Positions 58,786 to 64,000 of a stretch of DNA of 64,000 nt are shown piece after piece. The stretch's first letter is position 1; each line of letters starts with the position of its first letter. Source of the stretch: Patescibacteria group bacterium. GTDB lineage: Bacteria > Patescibacteriota > Patescibacteriia > JAHIZJ01. The notes beneath the pieces were generated by a model. It did no database searches. It was given only the letters and a program-made list of their open reading frames with translations, and was not told the DNA's origin. The stretch is from NCBI GenBank assembly GCA_041650335.1, contig JBAZLK010000002.1, forward strand, positions 124,070-188,069. Reading direction: 5' to 3'. Both the position numbers and the translations under genes were made by a program.

Positions 58786-58812
58786 TGGTCACCTCCTGAG
58801 AAAGGATTGAGT

Positions 58813-58836
58813 GGGGCCGGCGGTGAAACCGGCCCC
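58813..58836 (-). promoter_or_regulatory. Intercistronic stem-loop between precursor and maturase
   Basis: GGGGCCGG-loop-CCGGCCCC with no immediate T-run. Confidence 0.65.
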
Positions 58837-58853
58837 CTACCGCGTTGACTCGA

Positions 58854-59018
58854 TCAGTCGCTCGAGCAGATGTAGTCGTCGCAGCAGTTGTCGCAGCAGG
58901 CTTGCCCGTTCTGCGAATATTGCCGATCGCTCAGCGTTGCTTCTCGCACGCTGACCTGATCCAGCTCCGACAGCGTCGCAATTGAACGGGTTTCCGTGCC
59001 ATGGCTCGACGCATTCAT
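58854..59018 (-). CDS. Cys/Asp-rich RiPP precursor peptide, 54 aa
   Basis: MNASSHGTETRSIATLSELDQVSVREATLSDRQYSQNGQACCDNCCDDYICSSD; SD GGAGAGGAGG; directly upstream of the rSAM; absent from the ORF track. Confidence 0.85.
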   Translation of the reverse strand: MNASSHGTETRSIATLSELDQVSVREATLSDRQYSQNGQACCDNCCDDYICSSD

Positions 59019-59139
59019 TTAGCTACCCTCCTCTCCGCCCATAGGAGTCAGGTTGATTAGCCAGAGGTTCCGGCATTCGGAATGTGGCAAAACCGCCAGA
59101 GACCGATGGGTCTTTTGTTGTAAAAGATCGATAACACAA

Positions 59140-59246
59140 AAAGAGCCGGTTTTTCTGCCTGCCTTCGGAAGGCAAGAAAGAAAGCCCGTCTCTTTCTGCC
59201 TGCATGATACACCATCTAGAGAACCGGTCAAGATCGTTTTATCCAC
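59140..59246 (-). promoter_or_regulatory. DnaA-box-like promoter and shared leader for the RiPP operon
   Basis: GTGGATAA-7 nt-TTGACC-16 nt-TATCAT..AGAAAGAGACGGGCTTTC[palindromic insert]CCGGCTCTTTTTG. Confidence 0.7.
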
Positions 59247-59346
59247 TCAGCTAGATATAAATTAGATAATTGCCTGTTCGTTTGAAATAAAAATGACCGA
59301 ACGGGAGGTCCGGTCAAGAAGTAGCTCGGTTGCCAGCAATGTACAT

Positions 59347-60513
59347 TTAGGGTGGGCCGATGATGGCGAGCTCCCGTTCCAGCTCGCAGTCAAAACTCCA
59401 GGGAGAGTAGGTCGAATGAACCAGGTTGTTCGTGGCAGAGATAGCGTACCGCCGGCGCGCTTCCTTCTTCCAGCAGAGCGCGCGATAGTATCCGCCCCGG
59501 CCGGCGACCAGCACCGCGAGCGATTCGCCGCGTGCCAGCAATGCGACCGCTTCTTCGTACCAGTCATCAGCGCGCGATGCCTGGTACCACGTCTGCGCTT
59601 CGGCCTGAGTAAACCGGTGCGGCCAGGTCCGGACGATGTTCAACCCGTACCGATTAAGCAGTTTGAGCAATTCGGCTTCAAGTCCCCGGCGGCGCGCTTC
59701 CGGCTTCAGCAGTATGAGCGAGCGCTCGATGCGGTCCGGCTGGAGCGAGCCTTTTGGGCACAGCGTCAGCCAGCGGTAATAGCCCGGTTCATTGATGAAC
59801 GTGCGGCTCAGCGTGAGATCGCCGGGCGTATTGATGTTGCAGCACAGGTCGTCGCCGACCAGGCCCAGGATCCGGAAGTTCCGCATTAGCAGCAGCCGAA
59901 CCAGGTAGTCCCAGCCGAGCGAATAGGCCTGAAACTGATAGTTCTGCCAGTTACGAAAATCCTCTACCCAGCCACCGCTCAACCGCTCGAGGCTGGATGT
60001 CCGGAACGCCCACAGCACCAGGAGCGTCGGTATCTCGTGCCCTGGCACTTCTTCAAGTTCACACACCCAGCCGTTTTCAACCCGGTACCGCCAGTAGATC
60101 CAGTCAGAGGTGATGAACGGCCGGCAGACCGTGGTGATGAGCACGGCGCCATCCGCCGAGGACTCCTGTTCCAGCGCCTGAAGCAAGCGGTCAGCGCTGG
60201 CTGGATGCCAGAGCGTATCCCCGTTCACTCCGACAATGATGTCAGGCTGATATTGCCGGGCGGCGTTGAAGAAACAGGTCGTCAGCGGTTCGACACACCC
60301 GGCCGCGACGTTGACGCGTCCGGCGGTATGCTCGATCAGCGCCTCCTTCCCGTCGTCGACACCCATTACGATCGAATTGAAACCGGTCGTCAGGCCAGCC
60401 TCGATTATCCGATCAATAATCGGCCGCCCCTCAACTTCAACCAGCGATTTCGGCCCGGCACATCCGAGTCGGCGTCCCTGGCCGCCGGCGGCGATGAAGA
60501 GTTGCGTTTTCAT
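59347..60513 (-). CDS. Nucleotidyltransferase fused to a nucleoside diphosphate kinase domain
   Basis: IAAGGQGRRLG..PKSL, NGD, NINTPGDL; C-terminal SLILLKPEA...NNLVHST. Confidence 0.85.
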   Translation of the reverse strand: MKTQLFIAAGGQGRRLGCAGPKSLVEVEGRPIIDRIIEAGLTTGFNSIVMGVDDGKEALIEHTAGRVNVAAGCVEPLTTCFFNAARQYQPDIIVGVNGDTLWHPASADRLLQALEQESSADGAVLITTVCRPFITSDWIYWRYRVENGWVCELEEVPGHEIPTLLVLWAFRTSSLERLSGGWVEDFRNWQNYQFQAYSLGWDYLVRLLLMRNFRILGLVGDDLCCNINTPGDLTLSRTFINEPGYYRWLTLCPKGSLQPDRIERSLILLKPEARRRGLEAELLKLLNRYGLNIVRTWPHRFTQAEAQTWYQASRADDWYEEAVALLARGESLAVLVAGRGGYYRALCWKKEARRRYAISATNNLVHSTYSPWSFDCELERELAIIGPP

Positions 60514-61469
60514 ACACCGATCTCCTTCTCATGCCAGCGCCAGAAAGGTTCTGAGACGCGGTAGCCGCCTTTGGCGAACGAAAGCCGCAGTTTGGCGAAC
60601 CATGGCCCATCTAGACTAATCCCGAGATCGACCAGCTGACCCCCGCTTTCCTGGGTATCGGCCCGGCCTTCAATGAGGTCAGCCGCCGCGGAACAGCCGT
60701 GGCGAGCCAGGTACTCCAGCACAAACAGGTAGTACTGCGGAACTTGCCGATGGCCCAAGAAACGATAGGCATCGATGAGACGCAGCTCGTGTTCGGACAG
60801 CGGGCGTTTCGCCCGGTAGCCGTCAAGAAAGTACTGGAGACCGTCGAAATAATGGCGGTAACTCCAGCCGCCGTCCGTGACTAACAGGATCATGAAGGAC
60901 AGCGAGGCGCCGATGTCATAGACCGGCCAGCATACGCCGGAGTGCTCCCAGTCATAGGTGATCATCGGCTCGGCACTGAACAAGTTCTGGATTGTGTAAT
61001 CGCCGTGGATATAGACCGGCGCCAGACCATTCAAAGCAAGCCGGGCAGCCGACATGGTAGCGGCGGCTGCAGCCAGGGCCCCTTCGGGCAGATTGCTGCG
61101 CCGCAAGACATCCGTCTGCAGATCCTGAAACCGGCGGTTAATGAGCGCCGCGGTCGGCTCGCCATCGCACGTAAGGCCATGGATGTCGGCCAGCGTAGAT
61201 CCAATCGCCTGGAACGCCGACGGCTGCGGATTGCCCCACAACACCTGGTCAACGCGCGGGGCATAGATGCGCTCCATCACTGTCCAGCCGCCCCAGCGCC
61301 CGATGCCAGACTTCAGCACCCGCGGCGTACAGATACCTCCGTTCCCGGCCAAGGTAAGACCGCGCATTTCCGCCGCGTGCCGTTCCGGCCACATCCCCTT
61401 TTTCGTGAAGGTCGTTTCCGTCTGCTCATACTCTTTGCGCATTCCACCCAGCTTCAAATAAGCGTCCAT
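60510..61469 (-). CDS. Aminoglycoside/choline phosphotransferase-family kinase
   Basis: VMERI, LADIH, IHGDYTIQN, YDWE, YDIG. Confidence 0.85.
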   Translation of the reverse strand: MDAYLKLGGMRKEYEQTETTFTKKGMWPERHAAEMRGLTLAGNGGICTPRVLKSGIGRWGGWTVMERIYAPRVDQVLWGNPQPSAFQAIGSTLADIHGLTCDGEPTAALINRRFQDLQTDVLRRSNLPEGALAAAAATMSAARLALNGLAPVYIHGDYTIQNLFSAEPMITYDWEHSGVCWPVYDIGASLSFMILLVTDGGWSYRHYFDGLQYFLDGYRAKRPLSEHELRLIDAYRFLGHRQVPQYYLFVLEYLARHGCSAAADLIEGRADTQESGGQLVDLGISLDGPWFAKLRLSFAKGGYRVSEPFWRWHEKEIGV

Positions 61470-61571
61470 AACAAACACCCCCTGCTCGCTGTCTGAAACA
61501 GCGCGTTGTCAAAGATCATCGGGCCGGGGCTCGCCGGAACCCTCCGATCAACCGTCTAGCAACCGTGTCAA

Positions 61572-62234
61572 CTAAGTAATATCCCCGGCTTGTGCCTCCA
61601 TCCTAATCTGACGGAGCAAATTGTCAAGCCTGGCATATCGCTTCTTAGCGATGGCTTTTATTATTGGAAAATAGAACTGGCGCAGGTAATTTTTCGCGCT
61701 AACCCGGGCTCCTTCGGTCACCCAATACTCGTACAGCCGGTCAAGCCCTTTTTTATCGTAATGGGCATAGGTGATGTGACGCCAAATCTGCAGACAACCG
61801 TAATTATCCAAACGATCCGCATCCTTGACCATTTTCGCCTCCACGCTGAGCGCCTTTTTCCCGTGTTGCTGGTCTATTATGGACTGGACTTTCTTTATCT
61901 TGTCCCGGCCCAGTCCTGACCGGCCGATATATTTTACCACCAGCCGTGACCCGATTTCTGCGTGCCGCCGGTCAGCGTCAGAGTCATAGCGCAGCTCGCC
62001 TTTCGCATTCAACGACTTTATTTTGCCAACATCTGAAAATAAGGCGGCTACAAGCAAAACATCCTTGTCGATGTTCATTTTTTTGAAAAATGGCAGAGTC
62101 AGGAATTTCTCGCAGTATCGCATAACGCGCACTCCGTGATCGTATCGAAATTCGTACCCGCCGCCCGCCTCGTACGTATTCCGGAAGATGGCGTGATACT
62201 TTTGCAACAAACCGGCCCTTAAATTTTTTTGCAT
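61572..62234 (-). CDS. HD-domain protein (HD motif reads SD)
   Basis: DHGVRV, AALFSDVGK, HAEIG, QQH, VKDADRLD. Confidence 0.8.
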   Translation of the reverse strand: MQKNLRAGLLQKYHAIFRNTYEAGGGYEFRYDHGVRVMRYCEKFLTLPFFKKMNIDKDVLLVAALFSDVGKIKSLNAKGELRYDSDADRRHAEIGSRLVVKYIGRSGLGRDKIKKVQSIIDQQHGKKALSVEAKMVKDADRLDNYGCLQIWRHITYAHYDKKGLDRLYEYWVTEGARVSAKNYLRQFYFPIIKAIAKKRYARLDNLLRQIRMEAQAGDIT

Positions 62235-63331
62235 AATTTTTTATATATTTGTAAAAACGGCTCGAGACAGCGCGGCCAATGGTAATACCGTTCAACAAAC
62301 TTCCGGCCGCGCACCGTCATTGTACTATAGCTCCCGTAATTTTGCATAATGCCATGTATTCGGTCAGCGTACGCCGTGATATCATCCTCAATTATACAGG
62401 CATCGCGTACCGACGGATGCAGTCCTCGTACGCTCACGCTCGTGGCCACCAGTGGTAGTCCGGACGCCAGATAGTCAAGCACTTTTAAACTTGTCCCGGA
62501 CGCTTCCAGAATCGGCGCCACGGCAATGTCAGAGGCGAGTAACTCACGGCTGAGGTTCTTCGTGCCTCCGAAAAATACCGTTCCCGGGCCGCTGTATTTA
62601 TTTCTCAACGCCTCGGACACCGGGCCCATGATATTGATGCAATATCGGCGATCAAGCTTTTTCAGCTTAGGCAGAACGATCGTGGCCAGACGCCGGATCG
62701 CGTTTTCATTCGGCGGATAATAACCATGGCCCAAAAAAGCGATCCGAAATCTCTTCCGCTTCCGTATCTTGAACTGGATCGCGTTCGCGTCAATTGCCCC
62801 GCGATAGACGGTGATAGCGTGCCGCGAGCTATTCAGGCCAGCCAGCTGGCGCCTGTCTCGATTCGACCGGCAGAGCGTGTGGTTGGCCACGGTTATGGCG
62901 CGCGCTTGCTGTTTTTTCATAAACCGGACCATTTGGCTGTTCCGGTCGAGGCCGCCATAGAGAGTATGGTCAACATTGATGGCTTCATAAATAATTTTCA
63001 AACCGTATTTTTTTAAGACTGGCCCGAGGGCATTTATTTCCTCGGCGTTGCACATGTGAAGGCAATCAATATCGAATGCCGAGCACGCATAGGCCAAAGC
63101 CCGGGCTTTGTCGGGACGCGCTGTCGCCGGCACAAAAATCGTGGTAAACGGCTGTTTTGAGTACAATTTAGGGTCATCCCAGCCGCGGTAATTTATAATC
63201 AAATAAGGACGCACGCGACCGGTAGCGGCGAGATATTTCATGAGGTTGTAAATAGAGTAGAAAACGCCGTTCCGGATCGGTAAAAACGACCCATCCACAT
63301 AAAAGCCTACGCGGTAAATTTTTTTATTCAT
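62219..63331 (-). CDS. Glycosyltransferase (GT4-like)
   Basis: FLGHGYYPPN, VAPI...SGTSLKVLDYLASGLPLVAT. Confidence 0.85.
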   Translation of the reverse strand: MNKKIYRVGFYVDGSFLPIRNGVFYSIYNLMKYLAATGRVRPYLIINYRGWDDPKLYSKQPFTTIFVPATARPDKARALAYACSAFDIDCLHMCNAEEINALGPVLKKYGLKIIYEAINVDHTLYGGLDRNSQMVRFMKKQQARAITVANHTLCRSNRDRRQLAGLNSSRHAITVYRGAIDANAIQFKIRKRKRFRIAFLGHGYYPPNENAIRRLATIVLPKLKKLDRRYCINIMGPVSEALRNKYSGPGTVFFGGTKNLSRELLASDIAVAPILEASGTSLKVLDYLASGLPLVATSVSVRGLHPSVRDACIIEDDITAYADRIHGIMQNYGSYSTMTVRGRKFVERYYHWPRCLEPFLQIYKKLCKKI

Positions 63332-64000
63332 AGCTTGTTTCGGATCATGGCTTCAAGCGCTTCCATTTTCTCGGTGCCGGGCAGCGTTATTATTTCGGTT
63401 TGCGGCTCGAGTTTTGGAAATACCTCTACGTAATATTGGCGGAAGCGGCGCAAGAAATTTACATTCAGCCACATGTTCGGGCTGGTCCGCGCCGGCACGC
63501 GTTCTTTCCGTCGGCTAGAAACGTTTACAGAAAGGTCGATATAGAACACCCGCCACGGTTTGATTATCAATTTTTTTACCAGCGCTCGGCGGTACCAGCG
63601 CAGCGCCGTCTGATACATCGTCGCCGACTTCACCCGATCATAAGCCCAATAGAATGCCAGCGTGCTGGGATAATAACGGTCGAGCACAAATTCTTTCTTC
63701 GGCGAGCGCATGATTGCCCGAGTCTTCAGCTCTTCGCTCCGAAAATAATAAGCCTGGCCCATCGCCTGGTCATTGGCCGGCTCAGTCGGTAATATTTGCG
63801 GAACCCGACCCATGCGTTTGTTGCCGCGCGTTAATAAAATAGCCAGGCTTGTCTTTCCGGCGCCCGGCAGACCCTCGAGCGCGTAGAGTTTTTTATCAAA
63901 AACCGAGACCGTTCCAGAATTTGCCGCGACAAAGCCGTAGAGCGCGTCATTGGGCAAATGATATATTTTTTTCGGCTTAAAGCCTCGCCGCAGCACCTCG
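63328..64000 (-). CDS. Thymidylate/deoxynucleoside kinase-like P-loop protein, N-terminus beyond window
   Basis: ALEGLPGAGKT, VLDRYYPSTLA; frame open to the window edge. Confidence 0.75.
   Translation of the reverse strand, partial: EVLRRGFKPKKIYHLPNDALYGFVAANSGTVSVFDKKLYALEGLPGAGKTSLAILLTRGNKRMGRVPQILPTEPANDQAMGQAYYFRSEELKTRAIMRSPKKEFVLDRYYPSTLAFYWAYDRVKSATMYQTALRWYRRALVKKLIIKPWRVFYIDLSVNVSSRRKERVPARTSPNMWLNVNFLRRFRQYYVEVFPKLEPQTEIITLPGTEKMEALEAMIRNKL

Noticed and set aside
37278-59246. DnaA-box-like motifs as a replication origin
   Set aside because: They are single boxes kilobases apart, each tied to a promoter, with no cluster and no dnaA or dnaN nearby.
59019-59265. Short track ORFs upstream of the rSAM as precursor candidates
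   Set aside because: They overlap the promoter and leader and lack SDs. The 58854-59018 ORF has a strong SD and a Cys-rich core.
35519-64000. Accessory region as a prophage or ICE
   Set aside because: No integrase, terminase, capsid, relaxase or transposase gene was recognised in the window.

Overview
The window looks like Patescibacteria (CPR) chromosome in genetic code 11. This is an inference from gene content: a DUF4012/GT4/Wzz/sugar-transferase cluster, lower glycolysis with an ADP-forming acetate-CoA ligase, PsbP-like anchored proteins, HisKA_7TM receptors and mostly SD-poor core genes. Bases ~1-35,400 are largely housekeeping (ftsEX, prsA, lepA, murJ, rnpB, rnhA, recJ, gpmI, eno, pgk, three tRNAs). 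Bases ~35,500-64,000 are accessory and hold the main candidates for undescribed systems. (i) An array alternates secreted hydrolases (M23, CHAP, C39-like, M23-CBM-FlgD) with membrane-anchored PsbP/DcrB-like partners. Three hydrolases sit behind a near-identical ~115-nt structured leader, two share one lipoprotein signal peptide, and several carry Tat, lipobox or FlgD/T9SS-type sorting signals unusual for CPR. (ii) An AT-rich coaC-transglutaminase-coaB cassette is joined to the AT-rich sensor half of a HisKA_7TM kinase, a candidate signal synthase/receptor module. (iii) An unannotated 54-aa Cys/Asp-rich precursor (...ACCDNCCDDYICSSD) precedes a radical SAM/SPASM enzyme, a candidate ranthipeptide locus. 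It shares its promoter design (DnaA-box-like GTGGATAA before the -35) and 5' leader with the hydrolase genes. Also seen: an oversized RNase P RNA, a REP-flanked GIY-YIG gene, a structured leader plus 39-aa membrane peptide, and a rod-like candidate ncRNA. All calls come from reading motifs by eye; no searches were run.
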